A stretch of 64,000 nucleotides of DNA from Camelus dromedarius (taxonomy: Eukaryota): the NCBI RefSeq assembly GCF_036321535.1, contig NC_087436.1:21516001-21580000 (forward strand), read 5' to 3'. A program made the position numbers and the translations under genes. The notes below the pieces were generated by a model, which was not told where the DNA came from, searched no databases, and worked only from the letters and a program-made list of their open reading frames with translations. The stretch's first letter is position 1, and each line of letters begins with the position of its first letter. Shown one piece after another: positions 13,216-26,056 of this stretch.

Positions 13216-13839
13216 AGACATCATTTAAACCTATGGTTAAAAATTGTTTGACTTTAAAAGTGGCAATATTATAAAAGGCCACAAGATGGGCTCATTACAC
13301 TGTGGAAGTTTATAAAACATACCTGAATCATGAAATTAACAATTTTCTGCAAAAAAATTAGGAAGATTTCATATATGTTTCTGAACCTTAAAGAGGAATT
13401 AAAATGCTTTTAGTGACAAATCCTGGCAACATTTAGTTATTTATTTATTTATCTAAAGAATTGTATTAAAGGAAAGTTATAGCATCATTTAATTATCATT
13501 CCTTATTGTGGCTTTGAAAAAAAAAGTTTTATCTTTATCACTCTTCCCATATATTTCTCACTATAGAACTGAAAAGTGTCTTCCTATTTACAGAAGAGTC
13601 TATTATATTTCTTCCTCTTAGAATTCAAAATGGTGTTTGTCACTTTTTTCCATTCAAAAGACTAAGCTTATTAATTGAGTAGCCTTTTTTTCTAAACCAG
13701 TAATGCTTCTTGAAGATTGTATGACAGGACAGTCTCCATTGTTATCTCATATGATACTAATGAATTAGATAAGGAAACTGGGACTCTGAGAGTCTGACCA
13801 CTGGAGTCTCCCAGCTAATAAGCCCAGCTAATAATAACT

Positions 13840-14125
13840 AGAGCTAAGGCAGATACAAATCAAACAAAAACAAAATCAAAGAGAATATGAGCTGTTGATA
13901 AAGCATGGTGGTGTGAGAGAGTGACTGGGGCACTGCTTTAAACTGGATGGCCTCCTTGAGGAGGTGACACTGATGCTGAGCCAGGGATGATAAGAAGGAG
14001 CCAGGGTTTCGAAATTCTGGGGAAGAATTTTCCAAGCAAAAAGAACAGCCAGTACAGAGGTTGATGGGAGTTGGGGAGGTGATGGCTCCTAGTTTGGAAA
14101 GAAGATGGAAGCTGTGTGGCACTAA
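13840..14125 (-). mobile_element. L2 fragment
   Basis: ggcctccttgaggaggtgacactgatgctgag...ggggaagaattttccaagcaaaaagaacagc. Confidence 0.7.
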
Positions 14126-15307
14126 AAGAGTCATCCAGTATCACTCTTATGTCTTGGTATTAGACATCTACTGTCTTGGCTTCCCGTGGAGGTAAGCAAA
14201 CACTGGTGTGCATCTTTGCAACAACCATAGGATTGTTGCTTATTTTAAGTGACTGGCACTCACTACCAGGGAGAAGGAAGAACTCTTCCAGAATTGGCTA
14301 TTCCCTAACTAAGGAGGGTCAGGGTTATATTCTATTAGGATGACTCCAAGCCAAACAGGACCTCCCAGCACCTGCTGAAGCCATGATGGGATTGGAATGT
14401 TTTTCATGTAGTTAACAGGTATATGTGAAGTATCTACTGCCAGGCATAGAGTATAATGCAGTGAACAAAACAGAGTCCCTTCCCTCAAGGAGCTTGTATT
14501 TTAGGATATCACGGCTTATGTAACTTACATATGATTTACTTCAATTTTCTTTGGTCCAGCCTCTGTTTGACTAAACTTAGAACTCTTTCATTTATTGGGT
14601 GTTTGAACAAAAAAGGAAGGGGTACCAATTGTCAGGATTCCCATTCTCCTTCCCTTGTCCTAGTTGGGCTCCTCGAACAGTGGGAATTTTCCTGAGGATA
14701 GATGTAGTGCAATCATTCCTGCCTACAAAGATCCAGAGCATCACTGCTGACATCAGAAACCCGACAGATATACTGGCTTCTTTGTACCGTACTGGTCTCT
14801 AATGCAGGTGCAGAGTTACACAGTGCTCCCTCAGTCCCTACCTAGCTTCCGTCCATCAGGTCAGGGTTATTCCTTCATGGTTCGTGTCCTCTTAAATCTG
14901 TAATAGGAGAAGCAGGAACTTATCACTCAATGACAAAAATCTAAAATCCAGTAGGAGTCTAATTATTATACATTCAACTGCTTTTTCTGAAATCTTTCCA
15001 TAGTTTAGGCTACCTGGAAGAAAAAGTCATGAAAGAAAAAACGAACTACATTCATACACTGACCTTTTGACACAAGGGACAGTATCACTTGTGATCATGG
15101 TGTTATTTCTGCCCTCACATCTCACTAATTCACAGGAAAATCCTCTAAATAGGACTTGGAACCACCGCCTGCTCCTCTCTCCCCGCTGCCCCAAGCACAG
15201 CTCTTTTACAATTTTCCTTTGTCATTGAAAGCAAATGAAATAACAGACTGTGTGTATGGCCTATTCCTAAGCTTCATAGCACCTTTTATTAGGTTTCATG
15301 CCACCTT

Positions 15308-15807
15308 ATATTAGGGTTTCTATTACTGCAGTGGCAAATTACTACAAACTTAGTGGTGTAAAACAAAACAGTTATTATCTGATAGTTCTGTAGCTCAGAA
15401 GTCTGATAACAGGTCTCACTGGGCTAAAGTCCAGGTGTTGGCAGGGCTAGGTTCCTTTACAGAGGCCCTAAAAGAGCACGTTTCTTGGCCTTTTTCAGCT
15501 TCTAGAGGTCACTTGCTCTGCCTTGCTCCTGGTTCCCTTCCTCCATCTTCAAAGCCAATGACTTCACATATCTCTGACTTTTCTTCCATCATCATGTCTC
15601 TCTAACCACAGCTGGAAAAGGTTCTCTGCTTTTAAGTGCTCATGTGATTAGATAGGACCCACCTGGATAATCCAGGCAATCTCCGCTTCTCAGAGTCCAT
15701 ACCCATAACCACATTGTCAAAGTCCATTTTACTATGTATGGTAACGTATTCTGAGGTTCCGTGGGTGAAGATGTAGACATCTTTGGGACCATGTTTAGGC
15801 CTACCAC
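15308..15807 (-). mobile_element. MaLR solo LTR (MLT1D-like)
   Basis: tattagggtttctattactgc...aaattactacaaacttagtgg...gacatctttgggacc...gcctaccaca. Confidence 0.85.
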
Positions 15808-16099
15808 ATCCTTTTCTACAAACACGGGATGCACTGAGAAATGTATACATATAACTCCTGTTAAATCCCCATGTATAAATCCTTCTATATTCAGTTAAAA
15901 CTCTCCTCTCTTGTCCTCTCCTTTCCTTACCACTTCCTGTCCTCCCATCCCCTACCCTCCAGTTTTCTTCTTTGGGGGATAGAGATGGAAAGAAAGTGAG
16001 ATGAATATTGTGCTTTTGTCTACTTAGTTTCTTCTTGTAACAAGCCTTTGGTAGGAGAAGTGAGAGTTCTTTTTATCCACTCTAATCCTGATTTTCTGG

Positions 16100-16553
16100 T
16101 AGGGTTAGCAATCATAGTACTCCTCTACCTCCTTGCCTCAGAACCCCACATCCAAGTAGATTATCTTATCCATCTGGACATTGTGATGGGTTCAGTAGTG
16201 GGCATTTAACCAAAACTGGGCCAATCAGAATACTTCCCTGAGACTTTTTTTTTTGTAAGAGGCTCCATTGGGGAAAATTATTCTTTCTATCTTTGTTGCA
16301 GGAAAACTGAAAGCATATGATTCAGAGCTGCTGGTTCTGTCTTTCACCACTTGGAGAAACCAGGAGACTGATGAGAGCAGGAAGAGACAATTCTGGTGAG
16401 TTGTACCTTGATTTTATTCCTTGAGGTCTTCAAACCTTAGGTTCCTTTTTGATTTTATGAGTTACCTATGTTTGTTTCCAATAAATCTCCCTTTTGCTCA
16501 ATCTAGTTTGTGTTGAGATTTGTTTCTTACAACTCAGAGTCCTGATTAAAATA
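16100..16553 (+). mobile_element. ERVL LTR (LTR16/LTR33-like)
   Basis: ctgggccaatcagaatacttccctgaga; caataaatctcccttttgctcaatctagtttg...cttacaactcagagtcctgattaaaata. Confidence 0.65.
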
Positions 16554-17006
16554 GGTTATGTTCACTCTCTGAATGCGTTTGTCCTCTGACTTCACTGTTT
16601 ATCTTGTTGATCCATTGGGTTTAAAAGGTCAAGGATGTCTCCATGGGAGAGGGGTGGGGAATCAAGAAATAATCAAAAGAGATTCTGAAATGAGTCCACA
16701 TGATATTGCTTATGTTAATTCTTGGGTCACACTTTCTAAAAAAATTGACTCCCTGTTTTACAGTCCTTCTTGGATTATGCAACTCAGTTAATTAAAGAGG
16801 ATTATGTACAGGTGCCAGTAATCCTATTAATACAATGGCAGTAATATGAAACGCTTGAAATTGGAATACTTTCTGTTTTCTATTATCCAGTCCAGTGAAA
16901 TCAAAATCCTTAAAGTGAAGTCACCCTTCTCATTTTTCCTTATTTTGCTTCTGGAACTTACATATTCCCAACAAAACCTTCAAAGGCTTTTTATTTCTAA
17001 ACCCAG

Positions 17007-17099
17007 ATCTCTCATGCACTCCATTTTTCCAAAGTTCAGAAAGTTGTATAAGAACATTTCCACTGCAGCTCTGTACCTGGAATTTTCTGACCCAATCCA
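17007..17099 (+). CDS. Candidate exon 4 (SLMHSIFPKFRKLYKNISTAALYLEFSDPIH)
   Basis: Acceptor ctttttatttctaaacccag|, donor CCA|gtaagt; 93 nt open frame; alternative acceptors at 17035 and 17069. Confidence 0.55.
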
Positions 17100-17449
17100 G
17101 TAAGTGCCAATTTTGCTTTATAAGTTAGATCGTCTCAACAGCATAGTTCTGAGACTTGGAAATGGTTGCCTCTTTGTGTATATTTCTGATGTACGTGGAG
17201 AGGTCCAGCATGCATTTTCCAATGCATTGCAAATTACGGTTCCAGGAGGGAATTGGTGGGGAGACAAATGCCCAGCCAGCATATGAGGCTTATTTCACAT
17301 TAAATCATATGACTGTCAACTGGAGGTGCTGAACTACATTACTGACGAAGATACCTCTTCTGCATCCTGTTTAGGTATGGAAATAATTCCTCATCTCTAG
17401 CCTACAGTGACCATCATCACAAAACAAATTTAGCTTGCTGCTTAGAAAG

Positions 17450-18465
17450 TAGTTGTTCATCGTGTACTTGTTGAGCATAAGTTAGGTACTGGTATGTAAA
17501 GGTGGACGAGACAGACCTGACTCCAGCTCTCACTGAGCTTATCGTGGGAGACATAGGCACCCAATAAGTGACAAATAATGTTATAATTAAAAATTATCCT
17601 GAATGCTATAAGAGAAAAACTTCTAAAAGAAGGTGATATTTAATTCAAGATCTGAATGTGTTGGATGGGAAGGAACTAGTCAAAGGAAAACTATTAGGAA
17701 GAGGGTCTTAGGCAGTAAGAGGAGTGTCCAATGAGGAAGAAATAACAACTACATGGGTCCTGAGGCAGCACGTAAATTGTAGTTCTTCAGGGCCCTCATG
17801 CACACTGTGTGCTGGAGCCGGGTGAGTGATGTAGAGTGTAGTAAGAGTGTATGTGTGTTTGGAGGAGAGTGAAGGAAGGCAGATAAGTTGTACAAGGCTC
17901 AGTTTGCCTTAAACCAGGTTATGAATTTTAAATTTTATTTTAGGTACGATGAGAAGCTGTTGAAGTATTTTGGAACTGGGAGAGTCATGATCTAACGTAC
18001 ATTTTAATGGGATCACATAGAATCTCTTTGGAGAATGTCTTGGAGGGTTATCCCTAGTCAAAGCAGGGAGATTAGTTAGGGAACTATTACAATAGACTAC
18101 ACGGGAGGTCACAGTCATGACTCTTAGACTAGAGTCATGGCAATAGAGGTTAAGAGAATCATGTGGATTTGAGGTATATATTGGCAAAAAGGACCAACAG
18201 ATTTTAGTGATGGGTTGATTAGGTGAGTGATGTCAAGAAATCTGCTTTGAGCGGCTGGATAGGTAGTGGTGGCATTTGGGGATTTGGAAAATGACTTCTA
18301 GTGGAAGAGATTTTGAAGATAAGTAAGAGTTCAGTTTGAGAAATGTTAAGCTTGAAATGTTTATAATACATCCAAGTAGAGATATCAAATGAGAAACTGA
18401 AAAAACTAGTTAAATTAGTCTGGAATTCAGAGGAGAAATCTAAGCTACAGTTTTAAATGTGAGAT
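17450..18465 (-). mobile_element. L2 LINE, about 1 kb 3' fragment
   Basis: gtacttgttgagcata...gagttcagtttgagaaatgttaagcttgaaatg...tctggaattcagaggagaaatc. Confidence 0.8.
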
Positions 18466-18494
18466 CAAAACACATACATTTTTCCCCCATGCTT

Positions 18495-18840
18495 TTAAAA
18501 AAAATAACTTCAGACATATAAAAAAGTTAGAAAATAGTACAAAAAATCCTGTATACATCCAGATTTCCCATATGTTAAAATCTTATGTAACCACATTACA
18601 ATATGAAAACCAGGAAATTACCATTCATATAGCACTATCTAATGACAAACTTTATCCAAAGTTTACCAGTTGTCCAACTTGTATCCTTTTTGACATCCAG
18701 CATCCAAATCTACATATTGTATTTAGTTGTCATGTCTGCTCAGTCTCCTTTCATCTGAAACAATTTCTTTGTCTTCATGACCTTGACGTTCTTAAATAGT
18801 ACTGGCCAATTATGTTGTAAAATGTCGCTTAATTTGGCCT
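18495..18840 (-). mobile_element. L1MC-like 3' end
   Basis: aaaaagttagaaaatagtacaaa...gtatttagttgtcatgtct...cttcatgaccttgac. Confidence 0.7.
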
Positions 18841-19223
18841 TGGGTCTTTAGAGAGTCCTAACCAATATAATGACTAGAAGGGTAAACTTTGAACGTCCAC
18901 CAAACCCTCAGAGCCCTGATACTGTCCAGCAAGGCCTTCCTGCTCCTAAATGTGTGAATTCCTGGCTACCATGCTAGTGGGCTAGGGAGGAGAATCATAT
19001 GGTGGGAGGAGGTGGGAGGATGCAGAAAAGAGAAGCAGTATAGATTAAAACCCTCTTTTGCCCAGCAGATTTCCTGTCTAGAGCAGCCTGAAAAAGAATT
19101 GTGAATAAGTTTTGACCCTTAATGAATTTCAGAGTTTTGACTATTATGTGGGACCAGCTCTTAATTATTGCAATTAGACTATTCTTGGAATTAAAGTGAC
19201 CAGAAGATTCTCATCATTTGAGA

Positions 19224-19784
19224 TGCTGGGCATCAAAATTTGTTCCTCCAAAATGTGTCTCTTTGCCGTGAGGATTAATTGAGGCTGATTATTTTTAAGA
19301 AACAGAAGATTCAGGAAGTCTTGCTTTTTTACTTCCTCCATAGTTGCCCAAATAATTTAGATAAAAGACTTGTCTTCAGAATAGAGTCTGTCTTCTGAAT
19401 ATCACCAGAGATTTTGGGAAAGATTTTAGACCAGGTGTGGTCCATTGAGATCAGATTTCTCTCTGGGTCCCATTTTCTCTGCCAGCCCCAGCAAAATTTG
19501 TTTACCAAACATTTGCTTTTTCATCTCCATGTCAGTTGCCTTCTTCTCCTTTGAAGTCCCAAACCACTGATATCTTTTTTTTTTTTTTTTTAGCTGAAGA
19601 TGGTATTTAGGGTGAGAGCTTCAGCCATTTTAGCAAGTTACTAGTTTTCCTGGGTCTCTCTCATGTATATATGATGTAAAATTTTTGTTTCATTTTCTCT
19701 TGTTCATCTGTCTCATGTCAATTTAATTCTTAGATCAGCTAGAAGAACCTAGAAGGGTAGAGGAAAATTTCTTCCTCTCTGACA
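19224..19784 (+). mobile_element. ERV1 solo LTR (MER34A-like)
   Basis: TG...CA termini; 4-bp TSD GAGA (19220-19223 / 19785-19788); end motif agaacctagaagggtagaggaaaatttcttcctc. Confidence 0.85.
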
Positions 19785-20341
19785 GAGATGAAGGAAAAAG
19801 TCATGAGTTCTATTATACAGTTTACTCAAAGGGCAGGAAAGAACTAGCTTAATAAAATTTCAGTGGGCAAGAGGCAGGGTACAATTATTTTGTTTGTACT
19901 CCAGTTTCTTCTTCAAATGTAATAGTTAGACGTATTTGTGAATAAAAAGATTAAAAATTCATAAACTAAGTATTCAGCTAAACATTTTTAAAAAAGAATA
20001 GGGTTAGCCCAAACAACATAGAAGAAAGAAAATAATGCTGTGAGCATAAATTAAGGAAATAAAAATCAAACAAACAATTTAAGATCAACTAAACCAAAAG
20101 CTAGTTGTTGGAAAAGACTAACAAAATACATTAACTTTTTTCCAAGATTGAACAAGATAAAAAATAAAAATAAAGCATAAATAAACACTATTAGATATTA
20201 AATAACAGGCATCACTATAAGTAAGGTAAAAACTTATAGAGAATACTATAAAAATATTTATGTTAATGATTGGAAAAGAGCTGAAACAAATACTTTTCTA
20301 GAAAGATGTAAATCACCAAAATAGATTCAAAAGGAATTATA

Positions 20342-20545
20342 GGGATTAACAGATACACACCATCATATATAAAATAAACAACAAGGATTTACTTTGTAAC
20401 ACAGGAAATTATATTCAATATCTTGTAATAACTTGAAATGGAAAAAATTGAAAAAAAGAATATATATGTATAACTGAATCACTTTGCTGTATACCCAAAA
20501 CTAACATATTATAAATTAGCTATACTTCAATAAAAAATGGAAAAC
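20342..20545 (+). mobile_element. Artiodactyl-type L1 3' tail nested in the older L1
   Basis: gggattaacagatacacac...tataactgaatcactttgctgtatacc...ctatacttcaataaaaa; TSD-like aaggaattata / aaagaattata. Confidence 0.85.
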
Positions 20546-20999
20546 AAAGAATTATAAAATCTGAAAGGACTTATTATACACACTAAAAAACTGAATGAAA
20601 ATTCAAATATTGACACACAACAATGGCACCCTTCTCTGAACCTTTTACAGCTGAGTTTCATGAAGTTTTAAACGAAAAGAATAATCTCAATCTTATAAAA
20701 CATGTTCATACAATAGTAAAAGAGGATGTACTTCTCAATTCCTTTCATGAATCCAGGTAACTTTGATACCCAAAAAATGATAGTATGAGAAAGGAAAATT
20801 AAAGGCCAATCTTGTTTATGAACATAGTTTAATAATTGAATAAAATATTTGCAAACTAAATCTATCACTGAATTTAAAAAAGACACATTTTAACCAAGCA
20901 AGAATCATGTCAAGAATGTAAGGATGATTTATTATCTGAAGTTCTATAAAGTAATTTCCAATAATCACAGGCTAAGCAAGGTTCAAACACAGTATAATG

Positions 21000-21486
21000 T
21001 CCCTTGTATTCTGTATTGTCAAGAAATCACCACAAATTTACTGGCTTCAAATAACACAAATTTAGTATCTTACAGTTCTGGAGGTCAGAAGTTCAAAATC
21101 GGTTTCAGTGGGCTAAAATGAAGTTATTGACAGGGATGCATTCCTTCTGGAGACTTTAGGGGAAAATTCACCCCTTTGCGTTTTCTAGCTTCTGGAGGCT
21201 GCTCACGCTCTTTGGCTCATGGTCTCATCTTCCATCTTCAAAATCAGCAGCGTTGTGTCTTCCAATCTTTTTTTCTTTCTCTCTGATGTTCCTGACTCCC
21301 TCTTATAAGGACCGGTGTAATTTGATCAGTGTACATTGAACTCACTCAGATATTCCAGGATATTCTCCCCATCTCAGAATTCTTAATTACATCTGAAAGT
21401 TCCTTTCTCATATAAAACAAAATATTCACAAGATCTGGGGTTTAGAATGCAGCTATATTTGGGGGCTATTATTCAGTCTACTACAC
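21000..21486 (-). mobile_element. MaLR solo LTR (MLT1C/D-like) nested in L1
   Basis: atcttacagttctggaggtcagaagttcaaaatc...tttgggggctattattcagtctactaca. Confidence 0.85.
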
Positions 21487-23703
21487 CTTAGAAAAATAAT
21501 TTGATAAAATTTAACATGTGCTCATAATTTTAAAACAAACAACAAAAACAATGATAACAAAACTCTTACCAATAGAAACAGTAAGAAACTTCCTTAGACT
21601 AGTGAATGGTATCTTTAGGAACATTTGCTTTTAAGGTCAGGACCTACTCAAGAATTCTCATTATCCTTGCTTCCGCTCAGTACTCTGCTGGAGGTCTTAT
21701 CCAGTGCAACAGATAAAACAAAGAAATAAATGGTAAAGCACTAAACAGAAAAAAAAAAAATTTGTTGGCAGATTTTCCACAGAGAAAACCAAAGAAAATT
21801 TACAAATAAGTATTAGAACTAATGAGAAAATCTGCAAGGTTACTGGATACAAAATGAATTTACTGCTGTTCCTATTGTACATCAGCAGCAAACAAACAGA
21901 AAACATAAAATGTAATTTTAAAATTTCATTCAATCCTTACCTGTCTTACACAAATAAGAATTCCAGGTAGATTAAGGACTTAAATATTTAAGGCAAAACT
22001 ATGGCATTTTTTGAAGGCAATATGAGAAATTAACTTTATAACATTGTAGTAGAGAAGGAGTCACTAAATAGGATACAAAAATGCAGCCTATAAAAAAAAG
22101 ACGAAATTCAGCCACTTTAATATGATGAACTTCTTTTTCAAAAGGCATATAAAGGAAGCATAAAGACAAGTCACAGTGGAAAGATATTTTTCAAAATATG
22201 TAATTGAAACAGGATAAATACTCAGAACACATAGTGATCTTCTAGAAATTAATAAAAAAGAGATACCTAATAGAAAAATAAGCAAAAGATTTAAAAAGGC
22301 ACTTCACAAAAGAGGAGCTCCAGATGGCCGATAGACATGTAAAAAGGTGTTCACCTCATTAGAATTAGAGAAAGACAAATGAAAACCACAATCAGATACC
22401 ATTCCATACCTAACAAATGAGTAAAAATTAAAAAGCCGTGTACCGAGTGTTGTCATCAGTATGGAGCAAAAGAAACTTTCAGACAATGGCAGAGTGTAAA
22501 ACGATAACATCACGTTGGAAAACAGTTTTAAATTTGAACATAAGTAGACACTGATTCAGCATTTCTACTCCCAGGCATAGACTTTAGGAAAATTAGAGCA
22601 GTTGACTGAAGATATATATACAGCATTGTTCGTACCAGTGTATTTTGTAATAGCCCCAAACTGAAAACAACCAAAATGGCCATCTCCAGTAGAATAGACA
22701 AAATTTAGCACATTCATGTTTGGAAATGCTCCACAGCAATGATAATGATTGAACAGCCATCATGTGTATCAATATGGCTCAACTGCAAAAATAAAAGTTT
22801 GACTAAAGTATAGAGAATATATACAGCATGATTCTATCTATAGAATTGAAAACCATCAAAACCTGATCAATATATTGTTCATAGATACATACATAGGTGA
22901 TAACACTGTCAAGAAAAGCGCTGGAATGTCTAATACAAAAGTTAAGACAGAGGTTATGACTGGAGGAGGGAGGAAGATAAGATTATGGAGGTCATGAGAG
23001 TCTGGCTAAGCCTTATTTCTTGTCGGGGAGGAAGCAGATGGTTTCTCTACATAGCTGTTTTTAAACTACATTTCATACATCTTCCTTTTGTATAATGTAT
23101 TTCTTCCTTTGTTTCTTTTACACCCACACCCACACTCAAGAAATTCCATTCAGATTAGCAATAAAAACTAAAGTTACTTAGGAATAAATCTACAAAAACA
23201 TGCATAACCTTCATAGGGAAAATTCTGAAACTTTCTTGAAGGGCGTACAATGAGAAAATAAGCAACTATGACATTAGCGCTCAATATGGGTGAGTGAACT
23301 CAGAATTGAAAAGATGACAATTCTCCTCAAATTAACTTTACATTTAGTGTGTTTCCTTTTTTTTTTTCCCCCCCTTTTGGTGGACTTTGATAAACTGACC
23401 ATAAATTCTGTGGAAAGGTAATGGGCCTAGATTAGCCAAGATAAATTAAAGTACAAGGATAAAGGGAAAAAAAATTCATACAACATGTATTAATATATTT
23501 CGTTTCTTTGAAAAAAAAAAAAAGACTGGGAAATGAAGAAATAAAGTAACATTTGTAGGCAACCCTTTTGAAAAGTTTGTCCGTGCAGAAGAGCAGGAAC
23601 ACAATTTGTCAATACTTGCTCTGGTGCACACAAACATCTGAGCTCATGCATCAGCTGCTTCCTGCGAAATTGAGACATAGCTTATCACTCAGATAATCAA
23701 GCT

Positions 23704-23884
23704 CAGGGTTTCCCAAACTTGCGTAGTCATAAGAATTGCCTAGGGTAGTTGTTAAAACTGCGGTTTCCTTTGCCCCATTCTAAATCAATTGAATTAGACT
23801 CTCCAAAGGAGGGTCCTGGGAACCTGTATTTTTAATAAACTGCCCAGGTGACTCTTCTGATTTGGCAAGGCTGTGTAACACCGA
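23704..23884. mobile_element. MER5B-like DNA transposon
   Basis: cagggtttcccaaactt...gggaacctgtatttttaataaactgcccaggtgactctt. Confidence 0.75.
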
Positions 23885-25980
23885 TCACTTAAAGAATAAT
23901 TGTTGTTAGAGAGAAACAGATGATAAAACACATTTTGTGGAAGTTTATACATCACTTTAAAATAATAGTAATCATCTAGAAAAATACGTATTTTCCATAG
24001 ATGAAAAGTATTTCCGCAGAAGTTTGGAATCTGCCTTAGTTACTAAGAGACTTTTTAGGAGGCCACTTTATAAATGTGTCTAACTTGCCAAATTGAAAAA
24101 AGAAATGTAGAGGTCTTAATTTATAGGAGCAGTAATTATTTAATTCTGTTTACTTAGGATCTCCAATTAGGAGATCATTGGTTTAGCTACATTTTTCGTT
24201 TCTATGTATTTTTATAGAAGAAGGAGTTATGATACAAATTATGTTTTGTGGTTCTGTCCAACAAGATTTGTGATTCTTCTGTATTTGTTGCATTCAAGAG
24301 ATAAGCAGGTCTAGGATGTGCTAAAAGATATAATATTATAGGTTTTTGACTCTTCTGAATTCTCACAGCCCTCAATTTGTACCTTTTGTTAGAGAATGTT
24401 TTTGATTGTTTTTTCAGTTACACAAATAGCATGACTAAATATATTCTCATTGTAGTTGATTCAGACAATTCAAAACATTAATATTTAATGCTTATTAGAT
24501 GAATTCTCCGGGCACTTGGCGCATACATAGTACTGGCACCATTTTGCTGGTGGTGGGTGCTTGTGGAAGTGCAGGCTGGTGAGAGACAGGGCTTCTCAGC
24601 ATTTCACCACTGCCAGGTACCATTCTTCCATCTCACAATTCCAGAAATGGGAATTTTTCAGTATATTTAGAGATAACAAGCTGCGCTATTGCTGACATGT
24701 TGCCTAAATTCCTACAATTTTGGTAGATGAGCCAGAATGTGATCTTCCTAATCTATGATGTAGTATATACCTGTTTGTTGTAACGGGAACGCTCACCATG
24801 CTCCACCAGGGCGACATCCTTCCTAACTACTGAGGAATGTGAAAAACCAAGCTCTTAGTTGGAGCACAGCTTGTGTACATGGAATCAGAACAAGGAGCAT
24901 AGTCAATCCTTGGGGGAATATTTTATCTAAACTTTAGGAAATAAAAACAAAATTATCACTGGCCTATAACAGGAAGTTTCTTTGCTGACCGCAGTTGCCC
25001 AAGATAATTAGTGTCAATGAGAGAACTGGAAGGAAGAAGCGAATAAAAAGGTGTTTAAAAGGGAGCTTACTTTAACAACTGTGAGAAAAATTGTAACATG
25101 ACAAGTTTTTATCAGTGATTGAAATCCAGACATCCAAGACTTTTCCAAGAGCTCAAAGCAGAAGAGTTATTAGTTAGCAATAGACTTTAAAAATATCCTG
25201 CCTGGGACTTAGATTTAAAATATGAAAAGTATTTATTCAAAGAAGTTAATCATGAATGGAAATGAAATGTGACAAGAAACTACCTCCGAAGCATTACAAA
25301 TGTAAGAGTTTTAAAAAGTCACACTGAAAAAAGATTACAGAAATAAACTTTTTTTTTTTTTTTAACAAAAATAGGGTCTACAGCAAGTGAAGCTCTGCCA
25401 AATTTGTTTAAAATACCTACTTAAACAAGCAGGAATGTCAGAGTGCCTGTAATTACTGTCTCTGAATTTCCTGTGGAGTCTATTTTGCAATACTTTGGAA
25501 GTCTTTTACCTCAGTTTGCAGAGATGAGGGAAAAAAAAGTAAATAGACATTAAAAAAAAAAAAAAAGAACAATTTAAATGTAAGAATAAGAGACCTGAGT
25601 TGCACAAACACCCAAGTTCATTAACATATAGAGAAGCTCTGTACCACAAGAAGGTAATATCTGAGCAGATAAACAATACAATTGTTTTCTTTTTCTGATC
25701 TGAGCATGAAATCATCCCTGAGTTTAATAAAAGACATTTGGATGAGCTGTATGAGTGAAAACAGAGGGAAGAAAAATAAACCAAGGCCCTTAAGAGGAAA
25801 AAAAATCAAAATAGGCATCATAATCTTAAGAAAGAGGAATTATACAGATTATATATACATCAAGGAATTTGGACCTGCTAGTGCATTGGATCTTTTGGAT
25901 ATTAGGGATATTGAGTGAAACCCCTAGTTATCTTTGGTTCCTTGTTTATAAAAAATGAAAATAAGCATGTACCTTTTCAG

Positions 25981-26056
25981 TGGATGCTGGAATGTAAATG
26001 CAGGGTTTATGGAGAATGTTCTAAATGCTTTAGAAATAAGCTTAGAAGAATATGGT
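25981..26056 (+). CDS. Candidate exon 5 (GCWNVNAGFMENVLNALEISLEEYG)
   Basis: Acceptor gtaccttttcag|, donor GGT|gtaagt; 76 nt; phase 2 to 0; amphipathic helix-like translation. Confidence 0.6.

Larger units (their letters stand above)
19950..23100 (+). mobile_element. Ancient L1 (L1ME-like) ORF2 and 3' UTR with nested insertions
   Basis: A-rich decayed ORF2 (aaaccaaaagctagttgttggaaaagact; cacttcacaaaagagg...atggccgatagacatgtaaaaagg). Confidence 0.8.

Noticed and set aside
24158..24180. 23-nt exon-like segment containing the hairpin GATCTCC-aatta-GGAGATC
   Set aside because: Weak donor gtttag, and it introduces a stop in the chain frame.
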